Below, piece by piece: positions 48,888 through 58,710 of a stretch of DNA of 64,000 bases. Location of the stretch: positions 5,618 through 69,617 of the forward strand of contig CAZDNS010000001.1 of the NCBI GenBank assembly GCA_964506845.1. The letters are read 5' to 3'. The stretch comes from an uncultured Planctomycetia bacterium. GTDB taxonomy: Bacteria; Omnitrophota; Gorgyraeia; VGKN01. The stretch's first letter is position 1. Each line of letters begins with the position of its first letter. Below the pieces are notes generated by a model, which was given only the letters and a program-made list of their open reading frames with translations, made no database searches and was not told the DNA's origin. A program made the position numbers and the translations under genes.

Positions 48888-49961
48888 TCAGACGTCAATG
48901 AGCTCATACTCTGAGTTTCCTATTCCAAGCTCCTGGGAATATTTTAGTTGAACAGTATAATCAATCTCAGGAAACATTTCTTTAAAAAGGTCTTTCCCTG
49001 AGGTACTATTTACTATATCAATGGAGGCACGGTCAATTGCAACCGGGTCTAAGGAAGCAAGAATTCCAATATCCTCAAATAGAGGCTCAGTTTCCTTTGA
49101 CATGCAATCGCATTCCTTAGTAAAGTGGGTAATGAAGTTTATACACGCCAATTTAAGATTTCTGGTTTTTAAAACGCCGTATACATATTCAGCCATTTTT
49201 TCCTGAATCTGGCTGGAGGTGGTTGACCATGAAATTTCGATGGCGCCGGTCCTGCATAAAACTGTGCAATTGCCACAACCTATGCATAGGTTTTTTGAAA
49301 TTAATGCTTTATTTTCATTTGTCATAACTATTGCATTCACAGGACATCTGTTTATACATATTAAACAACCTGTGCACTTTTTAGGCCTTACAGTAGGCAG
49401 GACATTTGAATGCTGATTAAGCTTGCCTGCTCGCGAGGCAAGCCCCATCCCAATATTCTTCAGAACCCCCGCATATCCTGTCAGTATATGGCCGGTTACG
49501 TGAGAAAGTGCGATGATGCAATCAACATCCTTTAAAAAAGAAGCCAGTCTTAACTTTTTGAAATATTTTAGGTCAACTTCCAGTTCCAATTGGTCATAAC
49601 CCATAAGCCCGTCTCCGATTATTAACGGCGCGCCCAGTTCTTTTGGATTAAAACCGTGCGAAACAGCCAGATTCAGATGATCCACGGCATTTGACCGCTG
49701 GCCCTTATACAATGTGTTAGTCTCTACGATAAATGGTTTTGCGTTTCTTTTCTTTATAAGCCCAACCGCCTCTTTAACCAATAGCGGATTTATGTAGCCC
49801 TTATTATTCTCCTCGCCAAATGTAAGTTTTATCCCTACAAAATCGTCTTTGCTTATTAAATCGGCTAATTTTGAGGCGCTTAAAACCGTTTTTAAGACCT
49901 CGGTTGGTTCCTTATGGGAAGTCTTGTTATTAAATCTCTTTAAATAAACCTTACTTTTCAT
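48888..49961 (-). CDS. DUF362 / 4Fe-4S ferredoxin-domain protein
   Basis: IKLTFGE, two CxxCxxCxxxC motifs, ECDC, DPVAID. Confidence 0.88.
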   Translation of the reverse strand: MKSKVYLKRFNNKTSHKEPTEVLKTVLSASKLADLISKDDFVGIKLTFGEENNKGYINPLLVKEAVGLIKKRNAKPFIVETNTLYKGQRSNAVDHLNLAVSHGFNPKELGAPLIIGDGLMGYDQLELEVDLKYFKKLRLASFLKDVDCIIALSHVTGHILTGYAGVLKNIGMGLASRAGKLNQHSNVLPTVRPKKCTGCLICINRCPVNAIVMTNENKALISKNLCIGCGNCTVLCRTGAIEISWSTTSSQIQEKMAEYVYGVLKTRNLKLACINFITHFTKECDCMSKETEPLFEDIGILASLDPVAIDRASIDIVNSTSGKDLFKEMFPEIDYTVQLKYSQELGIGNSEYELIDV

Positions 49962-51000
49962 CTTTATCTAAAATATCGCGCATCCATTGTGGTTCCATAC
50001 AAAGTACTATCTTAGCCATTTTATCAATTCTTCGTATCAGGGATTTTATCCTTTTGTACACCCTCAGGCGTATGTCTCTGAAATACCTGAATTTTCCATC
50101 ACTGCATCGGATAAATTCGTCTTCAAGTATTTTTATACCCTTAAATCGTGTCTGGATAACCTCCTTCAATTCTTTTGTATACCTGAAACATCCTAAAGAA
50201 TACATTATTCCATTTTCTTGACCTATAAAGTTATATATATAATTTATGAGGCTTTCATATTCTTCTTTCCACTCAGAAAGGTGAAAGATCGGATCAAGCC
50301 GCAGACCTATTTTTACGCCGGAGCCTTTTACCCTTTTAATGGCAGAGAGCCTTTCTTCAAGGGTTGGGGTTTTAAATTCAAGGCGCCTTATAAAATAAGC
50401 AGGGTTTATAGTCCAGAAGACAGAGATATTATCTTTTCTAAAAGAACCCTTTGGCAGAAATTCTGTCTCTGAGCTTTTTGTTCTGAGTTCCAGTTTCGAG
50501 TTCTCATTAGAAAAAAAATTTATTAGAAATTCCGTATAGCCGTTTAAACCTTCCAGCGCAAGGCTATCGCTTAGCTCGCCTGTCGTAAAGATACATCTTT
50601 TAAGATCGGCCTGTTTTTTTAAGGAGAGGAATTCGTCTTTAAATTTATTTAGGTTTACGTAAATGGTTATTACATGATGACTCAGATAGGACTGAAGATA
50701 GCAATAGGCGCAGTCAAATATGCAACCACTTATCAGGTCAATCCTATATTCTCCGGAATTTGTTACATCTTTATTATCAACGAATCTCTTAATAAAATTT
50801 CCTTTCTGTTTTGTTAAAAAGAGTATCCTTTTTGAACTCCCTATATGCATATTTAGGCCGGCGCCATCAGTATGTATCTCTTCTATATCATTTACCAGAT
50901 TTATGGATTTTGGATTTAGTTTTTCAAGGATTAAAGCCGTCTGTTTAAGATTTTTTACACCTCCATCAACATACACCTCTTTGAAATACGGGTTATACAT
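49951..51000 (-). CDS. Spore photoproduct lyase-like radical SAM protein
   Basis: CIFDCAYCYLQ, GELSDSL, ELRTKS, DGKFRY, LCME. Confidence 0.8.
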   Translation of the reverse strand: MYNPYFKEVYVDGGVKNLKQTALILEKLNPKSINLVNDIEEIHTDGAGLNMHIGSSKRILFLTKQKGNFIKRFVDNKDVTNSGEYRIDLISGCIFDCAYCYLQSYLSHHVITIYVNLNKFKDEFLSLKKQADLKRCIFTTGELSDSLALEGLNGYTEFLINFFSNENSKLELRTKSSETEFLPKGSFRKDNISVFWTINPAYFIRRLEFKTPTLEERLSAIKRVKGSGVKIGLRLDPIFHLSEWKEEYESLINYIYNFIGQENGIMYSLGCFRYTKELKEVIQTRFKGIKILEDEFIRCSDGKFRYFRDIRLRVYKRIKSLIRRIDKMAKIVLCMEPQWMRDILDKDEK

Positions 51001-51001
51001 T

Positions 51002-51979
51002 TTAATTTAATAATTTAAATAAATCCATAAAAAATGCTTCTTTCTTTTTTAGCATATTCATAAGACTGTTCAATTCATAATATGAAGCGGGTTTAAGTAA
51101 AATATTGACAAAATTCCCTTCGAAATTCTCCGGTGCAGTTATACGCAGTTTATTATCGATGTTCATAGGTTCGGCTATTTTTAAAAATTTTCTGCTCTTT
51201 GCCATAAGCATCGGATACCTGAGTGTCCTTAAAATATTTAATAAAGCGATGGTTTTTTGCCTTGAATTTAATTCTTTAGAAAAAAGGGCATCTTTAATTA
51301 TTTTTTTATTAAAAATTTCTTTGTAGGTTTTAGCGCACCTTTGAGTTACAAACCTTAGGTTCTCCATAATTTCTTTAAATTCATTCAGGTTTGGCCTGCA
51401 GTTTAGCAATACCTTATTATATATATTGAGCCTTTCGCTGCTGGTTAGCCTCGCTAAAATCAATAACTGTCCAAGGCTTACTTTAGCCTGGAGAAAACTC
51501 TCTTTTATACCATCTTCAAGTTCGGCAATCTTAAGATAATTATCAATAACCTCCCTAGATTTAGGTAAGCCTAAAAGCGGGGAAATGAGCTCTGACAGTG
51601 CCTCTTCTTCGATTAAAAAATGTACGCTTAATTTTTTTAAGGTCTCGGCTTTATCAAGGTCATTTAAACTATTTACAGAATGATTATCGTTCAACGCCAG
51701 GAGAATGCAGTCCATATCTTCTGTTTCGCTACCGAGCACAAAGGCCTCTATCGATTTCTTCCTTAAGAGTTTAAATGTGAGCACTCTTCTAAAACCAGAT
51801 ACAATATGAAGGGTCTTTCTCTGCCTTAAGACCACGGGGTTTATCAGTCCCACTTGCTCTATTAAGCCTGATAAATTTCCTGCCTCCACTCTGTGTCTAA
51901 ACAAAAATGTTGAGTCTTTAGAGTCTATATCGTTAAGGGGGATTTTTACCGGCGCGTGGTCTGGTATTAAGATTCCCAT
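51002..51979 (-). CDS. ParB/Srx N-terminal domain protein
   Basis: VGLINPV, IVSGFRR. Confidence 0.75.
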   Translation of the reverse strand: MGILIPDHAPVKIPLNDIDSKDSTFLFRHRVEAGNLSGLIEQVGLINPVVLRQRKTLHIVSGFRRVLTFKLLRKKSIEAFVLGSETEDMDCILLALNDNHSVNSLNDLDKAETLKKLSVHFLIEEEALSELISPLLGLPKSREVIDNYLKIAELEDGIKESFLQAKVSLGQLLILARLTSSERLNIYNKVLLNCRPNLNEFKEIMENLRFVTQRCAKTYKEIFNKKIIKDALFSKELNSRQKTIALLNILRTLRYPMLMAKSRKFLKIAEPMNIDNKLRITAPENFEGNFVNILLKPASYYELNSLMNMLKKKEAFFMDLFKLLN

Positions 51980-52515
51980 CTTATCAGATTTTTACAGTTA
52001 TCGCAAAAACTGGATTCCTTGGTGTCTGTATCAGCCAGGCTATTTGAAAACGCCATTACGCATTTTAAATCTTTGCAATGGTTAAGCCCTAAAATATGCC
52101 CTAACTCATGCACGGCTTCCTTTAATGTCCTTTCGAGAAATATATTTTTATCGGATTTTGAAATGTAAAACTCGGGCCTGAGTCTGTATAGAGATACAAC
52201 ACAAATCCTGCTGTATAGGTCCGCTTGCCCAAAGATAAAGTTGAGTCCCTCGCAATAAAGGTCAATGTCGCTTATTGCAAGTAATATATCCTTCTCGGAG
52301 GTCTTTCTTTCAGCAAGTCTTTCAAGTAAAATACTTGCGTTAAATTGATTCCTGAGAGGATTGAATGCGGCATATGGAACTTCCGCATCTTTAGTTATTT
52401 CTATATGCCTTCCAAATTTTATCTCTAGAGAATTTTTCAAATAAGATAAAACCCTTTCTTCTATGTTTCCAAAAGGTGTTAGGTAAATTACCCTTTCTGG
52501 TTTTTTATCGTTCAT
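51967..52515 (-). CDS. Archaemetzincin (M54) Zn metalloprotease
   Basis: KEAVHELGHILGLNHC, CVMAFSNS, FCDNC; start 52515 or 52539. Confidence 0.9.
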   Translation of the reverse strand: MNDKKPERVIYLTPFGNIEERVLSYLKNSLEIKFGRHIEITKDAEVPYAAFNPLRNQFNASILLERLAERKTSEKDILLAISDIDLYCEGLNFIFGQADLYSRICVVSLYRLRPEFYISKSDKNIFLERTLKEAVHELGHILGLNHCKDLKCVMAFSNSLADTDTKESSFCDNCKNLIRWES

Positions 52516-52564
52516 TTCTGGGTGATGTATGGAACACAAGACTATATATGAAACAATCAGATAT

Positions 52565-52593
52565 ATAATACCTTATTTGGATTTGATTTTCAA
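52565..52593 (-). promoter_or_regulatory. Sigma70-type promoter
   Basis: TTGAAA-17-TATTAT. Confidence 0.5.
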
Positions 52594-52614
52594 GTGGGGT
52601 TAAAATATAAGAAT

Positions 52615-54648
52615 CTATACTGCGGATTCAATCGGAGGGACAAAAAGAGAGGTATTTTTTCTTTCTTTTGAAATCTGTTCTTTCTTAATCAAATCAATCA
52701 ATATCCTTGTAATCTCAGGATCAAACTGGCTTCCTGAATTTCTTTCTAACTCCAGCAGGGCTTCTTCTACAGTCAGGCTTTTCCTATAAGGCCTATCGCT
52801 GGTCATAGCATCAAAGGAATCCGCAACTGATATAATCCTGTCAAAGAGTGGTATATCATCTTTTTTAAGCCCACCGGGATAACCCTGTCCGTCAAACCTT
52901 TCATGGTGGTGCTTTATAAGCGAGATATAGGGTGAAAAAAAGTCTATTTGAGATAAAAGTTCTGCTCCCTTAACAGGATGTAATTCAATCTCTGCACGTT
53001 CCTTTATCGACAAGGTATCGGGTTTATTCAATATTGCATCGGATATGGCTAATTTTCCTATATCGTGTATCCTGCCCAAGTGCCGTAATATCTCTATGTG
53101 CTCATCGTGGAGTTTCATCTTTCTGGCGATCAGGACTGCCAGCTTTGACACCCTCTCAGAATGACCGCGCGAATAAGGATCTTTTGCTTCAATTGCCAAT
53201 ATTAAGGTATTTATCATATTCAGGTAATCCACATGGATTTTATTATGGAGCTTGGCGTTATTTATGGCTATTGCCGCCTGAGTTGCGAATGTAGATAAGA
53301 GCCTTATCTCTTCCTCCTTAAATCTTCGCTTTGTGAGGTTGTAGGTAATTATAACCCCGAGCAATTCGTTTTTAAACTGTATTGGAACACCCAGAACTGA
53401 CCTGAAGCCTTCTTTGCAAAGCAAATCCGAATACTTAACCCTTTCATCCCTTTCTGTATTATATATATTTATCGGTTCCTTCAACTTTGCTATAAGCCCG
53501 GCAACTCCTTCTCCTATAACCTGCGGTGTCCTTTCAAGGTATTTTTTTGTTATGCCGAACGAGGCGCTCGGGATAAGTTTATTTGTCTGAGAATCGAATA
53601 ACCTGAGGGTACAGGCATGCGTATCTATTATAACGCAGGTCATTTTTGCTATCATATCCAGGACTTCCTGCAGATTGAGCGTGGAGATAATGCCCTTACT
53701 TACCTCAAATATGGTCATAAGTTCTTTGTTTGCCAAACGGAGCTCTCTTGTGCGTCTTTCAACCCTTCTTTCGAGGTTTAAATTCAGACTTTTTATCTTT
53801 TTCCAGGTTGATTTTAACTCTCTGGTCCTCAAAATCAATTCCCTGTTAGCAGACTGTAGCTGGGTGTTTGAATTTTTCAGGGCATTTTCATTGGCCTTTA
53901 GTTTGCTAATATCCTGTGATACACCCACCAAGGCTATCGTCTTTCCGCTGGCGTCTTTTACGGTAGAAGTAATCAGATGTACTATAAATTCTTCTGCCGA
54001 TTTTTTTACATTCAGAACCTCTCCCTCCCATCCCCCTTTTAGCGTGGCGTCAAATATCTTTTTTGATAAACCCTGCGGGTTGTTTTTTGAGTGCATTACA
54101 GAAACATTTTGTCCTATTAATTCTCTCGCCTCATAACCAAAGATCTTTTCTGTCTGGGGGTTTACGTATAGAATACTTCCTGACAGGTTGGTTATTGTAA
54201 CCATCTCTCTCATAGAATTAACTGCGCAGGCCATCTTCTTCAATTCCTCTTCAAGATTTAACTTCTCGGTTATATCCTGCGTTAACTCTAATACAAGTGT
54301 TATGTCTCCCTTATCATCTTTTATCGGGGTGGTGGTAAGAAGGTAGGAACGCTCTTCATCGGAAATTGTAATCCCTGACTGTATCGCCTGTTCTACCTTA
54401 CCACTCTTAAACGATTTATATGTAGGGCATCCTTCGCATATTCTTTTTTTCTTCTGGTAAGTACTATAACAGTGGGAGCCTTTAATCTTTTCTAACGGAC
54501 CAAACCACCTTTCCAACTCTTCATTTACCCACACAATCCGCATATCTCTGTCTACCAGAGATATGCCCGCGCCTATGTTGTTCAACAATGTCAGGGTTAT
54601 GTCCCTTGACAATTCAAAGGGATTATGGTTTTGCGCTACTTTTTTCAT
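52615..54648 (-). CDS. PAS-PAS-GAF-HD-GYP cyclic-dinucleotide phosphodiesterase
   Basis: HSERV, HDIGK, HHERFDGQGYP, DAMTSDRPYR. Confidence 0.9.
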   Translation of the reverse strand: MKKVAQNHNPFELSRDITLTLLNNIGAGISLVDRDMRIVWVNEELERWFGPLEKIKGSHCYSTYQKKKRICEGCPTYKSFKSGKVEQAIQSGITISDEERSYLLTTTPIKDDKGDITLVLELTQDITEKLNLEEELKKMACAVNSMREMVTITNLSGSILYVNPQTEKIFGYEARELIGQNVSVMHSKNNPQGLSKKIFDATLKGGWEGEVLNVKKSAEEFIVHLITSTVKDASGKTIALVGVSQDISKLKANENALKNSNTQLQSANRELILRTRELKSTWKKIKSLNLNLERRVERRTRELRLANKELMTIFEVSKGIISTLNLQEVLDMIAKMTCVIIDTHACTLRLFDSQTNKLIPSASFGITKKYLERTPQVIGEGVAGLIAKLKEPINIYNTERDERVKYSDLLCKEGFRSVLGVPIQFKNELLGVIITYNLTKRRFKEEEIRLLSTFATQAAIAINNAKLHNKIHVDYLNMINTLILAIEAKDPYSRGHSERVSKLAVLIARKMKLHDEHIEILRHLGRIHDIGKLAISDAILNKPDTLSIKERAEIELHPVKGAELLSQIDFFSPYISLIKHHHERFDGQGYPGGLKKDDIPLFDRIISVADSFDAMTSDRPYRKSLTVEEALLELERNSGSQFDPEITRILIDLIKKEQISKERKNTSLFVPPIESAV

Positions 54649-54721
54649 AAATTCAATTTTTTAAAGAAATAAAAAACCAGATTTGGTACTTTAAAATCTG
54701 GTTGAGATGATGCTTAATAAA

Positions 54722-54750
54722 AATATATCCTATGGAAATGAATTTGTCAA
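54722..54750 (-). promoter_or_regulatory. Sigma70-type promoter
   Basis: TTGACA-17-TATATT. Confidence 0.6.
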
Positions 54751-54784
54751 TAGTGGGATTAAAGTTTATCCCTTTGGCGAAGCA

Positions 54785-55276
54785 CTACTTAGTCTCCGAT
54801 TTATTCTTTGTTTCTGTCAATATCTCCTTAATCTCCTTAAATACGGGGTGTTTTTCTCTTATTTTAACCTTAACTATCTTACTGTGTCTTTTATATTGCA
54901 TGGAGGGTTTCACAAATAGATTTATTATTTTATTCTCTTCCGTAACCTCGAATTCCAGAACAATCTCATGGTCAATTGTGCCCACAATTCTATACCATAG
55001 TTCTTTTAACACAAAAGGATCGGGTTCTCTTTTGGCAATAAGTTTTAGTTCCTTTTGATTGGAATCGCTTATTAGGAAATAATGCGCTTTTAAAACTGCG
55101 GATAGGTTATCGTATAAGGTTTTCTTATCGCATTTAATCTGGATATAGAAGCTACCTGCGGTGTCTTTTTCCTTACCGGCTGAGCCTAAAATGCCCAGCA
55201 CAGATACCCCAATAAGAACCGCAAAAATTGTTTTCTTTGTAATGCGATAAAAAATTTTTAATAGCCCGATATTCAT
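54785..55276 (-). CDS. Hypothetical protein with N-terminal TM/signal
   Basis: ORF coupled to the upstream gene. Confidence 0.6.
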   Translation of the reverse strand: MNIGLLKIFYRITKKTIFAVLIGVSVLGILGSAGKEKDTAGSFYIQIKCDKKTLYDNLSAVLKAHYFLISDSNQKELKLIAKREPDPFVLKELWYRIVGTIDHEIVLEFEVTEENKIINLFVKPSMQYKRHSKIVKVKIREKHPVFKEIKEILTETKNKSETK

Positions 55277-55644
55277 AGTTTAAATCTAAATTCTCTTTTT
55301 AAAGCACCCCGCAGGTCAAAAACAGCCTTGAAATCTTCTTTTGAATCTGAATCGGTTTTTAAAAGAAGTCCCTGGTCAATCAGGTTAAAAACTATTTCAC
55401 CGAAATCGTCTGTTTTTTCTATCCCCCAGTGTTCAAAAACCTCAAGCGCCATTGGCCCAAACTGCTCTATGCCGAAATCCTTTACACCCTCAAGAAGTTC
55501 TGAAGCCGAGATATGCCTTGGCTTTGGTAATTTTGAAATGGTATAACCTAAGGCATCCAGGACAAAATTATACGCGTTCTTCTTATACCTTCTGTCCTTC
55601 TCGAGAATTTTATCGATTTTCTTTGAAAAATCTGAATAAGCCAT
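55273..55644 (-). CDS. Minf_1886 family protein (Planctomycete/Verrucomicrobia conserved)
   Basis: AYNFV, HISASEL, FGPMA..V..WGI, DFGEIVFNL. Confidence 0.8.
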   Translation of the reverse strand: MAYSDFSKKIDKILEKDRRYKKNAYNFVLDALGYTISKLPKPRHISASELLEGVKDFGIEQFGPMALEVFEHWGIEKTDDFGEIVFNLIDQGLLLKTDSDSKEDFKAVFDLRGALKREFRFKL

Positions 55645-55658
55645 TTGGACTAAATATT

Positions 55659-56357
55659 CTATCTTTGACGTACAAAGGCGTCAGAAAAATTCTCCTCACT
55701 CCTAAGCCTATTTAAAATACCCTGCGCACCTGCTTCATCCTGATAAACCCCTACATAAATCCTGTACCTCTGCCTTCCCTGCCGCGATTCGGTTGTAAAG
55801 ATATGCGCCTGAAAACCTTTATTTTTTAGATATGCGATGAGGTTATTCGCCTCTGGAAAGCGTTCATACTCGGCTACCTGAATAGTGAATCCCTTTTTAG
55901 AATTCTCCTGTTTGGAAGGTCTGTCCGTCTTTACAGTTAACGGTAAGTTTTTGTAAAGCAAGGGGATAAGATATAATAAAAAAATTATAGCTATTAATGC
56001 AAATGTAAATTTTAAAGATATTCTTAAAAAGCTAATGGAATTTAAAATAGAGTTTGAAAAAGATATTTTTCTTTGACTTAAGGCCGATGTGCTAGAAGAG
56101 GTGATCTTTTTATCAAGGTCCTTTTTCTGTCTGTCCATTTTTAAAAAGGCCTTCTTCGCATCCTCTATCTCGTGCTTTATAAGCCCTATTTCCTGTTTAA
56201 GTATCTCTTTTTTCTGTTTCTCCTGCCTGGTATCGTTTAAAGTTGCTGCTTTCTTCTTCTGATCAGATTTATAAAAATTTATCAGCGTATACTCGCCGTA
56301 AAGTTTATCGCGGATTTCCTTCTCGCTCAGTTTCTTAAAGATTATCTTCTGAGGCAT
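55659..56357 (-). CDS. SPOR-domain protein
   Basis: TM then FTIQVA...YRIYVG...AFV. Confidence 0.8.
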   Translation of the reverse strand: MPQKIIFKKLSEKEIRDKLYGEYTLINFYKSDQKKKAATLNDTRQEKQKKEILKQEIGLIKHEIEDAKKAFLKMDRQKKDLDKKITSSSTSALSQRKISFSNSILNSISFLRISLKFTFALIAIIFLLYLIPLLYKNLPLTVKTDRPSKQENSKKGFTIQVAEYERFPEANNLIAYLKNKGFQAHIFTTESRQGRQRYRIYVGVYQDEAGAQGILNRLRSEENFSDAFVRQR

Positions 56358-56838
56358 ACTGTTTTAGGTTTAAAACAAACTTTATTATCTGAAAATTCTC
56401 AAACAAAATCTTTTCCTTTTCTACAAAGCCGTTCTGCTGGCAAAGTCTTATTGCAGAATTCATCCTATCAGTGGTGCGGAATACCACTTCATGAAACCCC
56501 TTTTCCCTGCAGAAGTTAATAGCCTTCTTAAGTAGTAATACACCAAAACCTCTTCTGCGGAATTTAGGCGAAACAAAAAACCTTCTTAGAAGCGCAATAA
56601 ACTTGCTATCCTCCTTTATGGCAACAGTGCCAATAGGTTCATCTCCCATGGTCAATATAAAAAAAGTATCCCTTTGGCCCCCATAGGAACTACCGATATG
56701 CTCCAGGTCGGTATCCGGGTATGCGCTTTTTTCTATTGCAAACTCTTTTAATAATATAGAACTTATGAGATTTTTGACTTTTTCGCTGTCCTGTTCTTTA
56801 AATTTTCTTATCTGGATATCGTTACTCGTCTTTTTCAC
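56335..56838 (-). CDS. GNAT family N-acetyltransferase
   Basis: FFVSPKFRRRGFG motif A. Confidence 0.88.
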   Translation of the reverse strand: MKKTSNDIQIRKFKEQDSEKVKNLISSILLKEFAIEKSAYPDTDLEHIGSSYGGQRDTFFILTMGDEPIGTVAIKEDSKFIALLRRFFVSPKFRRRGFGVLLLKKAINFCREKGFHEVVFRTTDRMNSAIRLCQQNGFVEKEKILFENFQIIKFVLNLKQYASEDNL

Positions 56839-57929
56839 TTTTTACTCCTGTTTTTAACAACGCCTTCTATTAGCCTTAGAGAGACTCCCTCAATCACTTT
56901 TACCTTTCCAATCCTAACAGGCAGTACAAACCGTGTTTTTCCATGTATAAATTTTTTGTCCAGCACAATAGAAGTCATAATATTGCGTATATCTGCTCCT
57001 TTAATCTCTACAGGAAGCCCGAGGTTTATCAAAAGTTTTTCAAGCCTTGCCTTGGTGTTTTTATTGCAGAGCCCTATCTTTTTGGATATATCTGCTGCGC
57101 ATACCATACCAAAGGATATTGCCTCTCCGTGGGAGTAAAGACTGCTATATCCTGTAGCCGCCTCAAGGGCATGACCTATTGTGTGACCAAGGTTTAATAC
57201 GGTTCTTAAACCCTTTTTTTCTTTTTCGTCCCTTTCCACAATCCTCGATTTTATCATAACGCTGCTGTAAATTATCTTCTCAAGATGCAGGTGGTCTAAT
57301 TTAAGTATTTCCCTGTAATTTTCCTCAAGGTATTCAAACAATTGCTGATCAGAGATTACTCCATATTTAACCACCTCGGCAAGACCGCTTTTTATATGCC
57401 TTAAAGAGAGGCTGTTCAATAAGCCTGAATCAATTATTACAAGCCTCGGCTGATAGAAAGTGCCTATAAGGTTTTTCCCATCCTTAAGATCTACGCCTAC
57501 CTTTCCGCCAATTGCAGAATCCACCTGCGAAAGAAGGGTGGTTGGAATATTTATACATGGTATACCTCTCTTATATATCGAGGCTACAAATCCCGCCAGA
57601 TCGCCAACAACACCGCCGCCTAAGGCTATCACAAACGGATTTTTAAGGTTTTCCTGTTTTACTAAAAAATTTATGAGTTTTATTGAGGTATCTAACGATT
57701 TGCTCCTTTCGGAATCTGCTATTATAAAATCCTCCGCCTCTCTATAATTTAATCTTAGAATTCTTTTTAATCTTTTGCCGATAAGTACGTTTATCTTGGG
57801 ATTGGTTACAATTATAGGCCGATTCCCCAAGCTTAAGTTTTTCAAGGAATTATGAATCTTATCGATTATATTCCTGCCTATCAGAATATCGTAAGAATTC
57901 TCACGAAGTTTAACTTTAATTTTTTTCAT
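56835..57929 (-). CDS. aroB: 3-dehydroquinate synthase
   Basis: GGGVVGD, DSAIGGK, LNLGHTIGHA, HGEA. Confidence 0.96.
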   Translation of the reverse strand: MKKIKVKLRENSYDILIGRNIIDKIHNSLKNLSLGNRPIIVTNPKINVLIGKRLKRILRLNYREAEDFIIADSERSKSLDTSIKLINFLVKQENLKNPFVIALGGGVVGDLAGFVASIYKRGIPCINIPTTLLSQVDSAIGGKVGVDLKDGKNLIGTFYQPRLVIIDSGLLNSLSLRHIKSGLAEVVKYGVISDQQLFEYLEENYREILKLDHLHLEKIIYSSVMIKSRIVERDEKEKKGLRTVLNLGHTIGHALEAATGYSSLYSHGEAISFGMVCAADISKKIGLCNKNTKARLEKLLINLGLPVEIKGADIRNIMTSIVLDKKFIHGKTRFVLPVRIGKVKVIEGVSLRLIEGVVKNRSKK

Positions 57930-57938
57930 TTGCGTTTT

Positions 57939-57967
57939 AGTATAACAGCCAAAACTGGATTAGTCAA
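57939..57967 (-). promoter_or_regulatory. Sigma70-type promoter of aroB
   Basis: TTGACT-17-TATACT with TGn; -10 ends 9 nt before ATG. Confidence 0.65.
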
Positions 57968-58032
57968 GAATGAAAGATTTAGCGATTTTGAAAAAAAGAG
58001 CATGACTTGAGTCTGAATAAAACTGGCGGGTT

Positions 58033-58509
58033 TTAATGCCCTTTACCGCGCAGCATATCAACGCTATGCGGTAAGAGACTAAGTATTACCTTTAAAGATT
58101 CCTTTACAGCCCGGATGCTGCCGGGAAGGTTAATTACGAGGGTCTTTTTACGTATGCCGCAAACACCCCTAGAGAGCATAGCCCTTTTGTTCTTATTTAA
58201 AAGAGAAATGCGCATCGCCTCAGGTATGCCGGGCACAACCTTATTTATAACACCCAGAGTAGCCTCTGGGGTAACGTCTCGCGGAGAAAAACCTGTTCCC
58301 CCATTGGTCAAAACTATATCTAATTTCAAATTATCCGAGTAAAATTTAAGCTTATTTTTTATTACCTTAATTTCATCAGGCACTACTTCATACTTAATAA
58401 TTCTAGCATCTATCCTTTTAAGCATCTTTATTACCGCAGGCCCGGATTCATCCTTATAGATACCCTTAAAACACCTATCGCTTATGGTAAGCACCCCGAT
58501 TTTTATCAT
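58033..58509 (-). CDS. MogA/MoaB molybdopterin adenylyltransferase
   Basis: LTISD, GGTGFSPRDVTPEA, NLPGS. Confidence 0.92.
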   Translation of the reverse strand: MIKIGVLTISDRCFKGIYKDESGPAVIKMLKRIDARIIKYEVVPDEIKVIKNKLKFYSDNLKLDIVLTNGGTGFSPRDVTPEATLGVINKVVPGIPEAMRISLLNKNKRAMLSRGVCGIRKKTLVINLPGSIRAVKESLKVILSLLPHSVDMLRGKGH

Positions 58510-58526
58510 ACTTAGTCGCGCTTTCT

Positions 58527-58710
58527 AATGAAGCTCCGCGGGTTTATCCCGTGGTATCTTCAAATGCTTCGGCGAAATCCGCTGAAGCATACCCGCCTCA
58601 GCTTTAGCTACGGCGGGTTATCCGCTTCGCATTTCCAACAGAGGCGAGACGTCGCCGTAAGGCGGGCATCCGCGGCTTTACAGCTGCGGTCTTCTGCGTA
58701 GGCGGATAAA
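58527..58710 (-). mobile_element. Family F element copy F4; overlaps and terminates moaC
   Basis: Reverse complement reads tttatccgcctacgcagaag...ggagcttcatt; nested ccgcc/ggcgg hairpins. Confidence 0.8.

Noticed and set aside
51002-51979. Chromosome or plasmid partition locus
   Set aside because: No adjacent parA, no parS seen, and it lies at the terminus.
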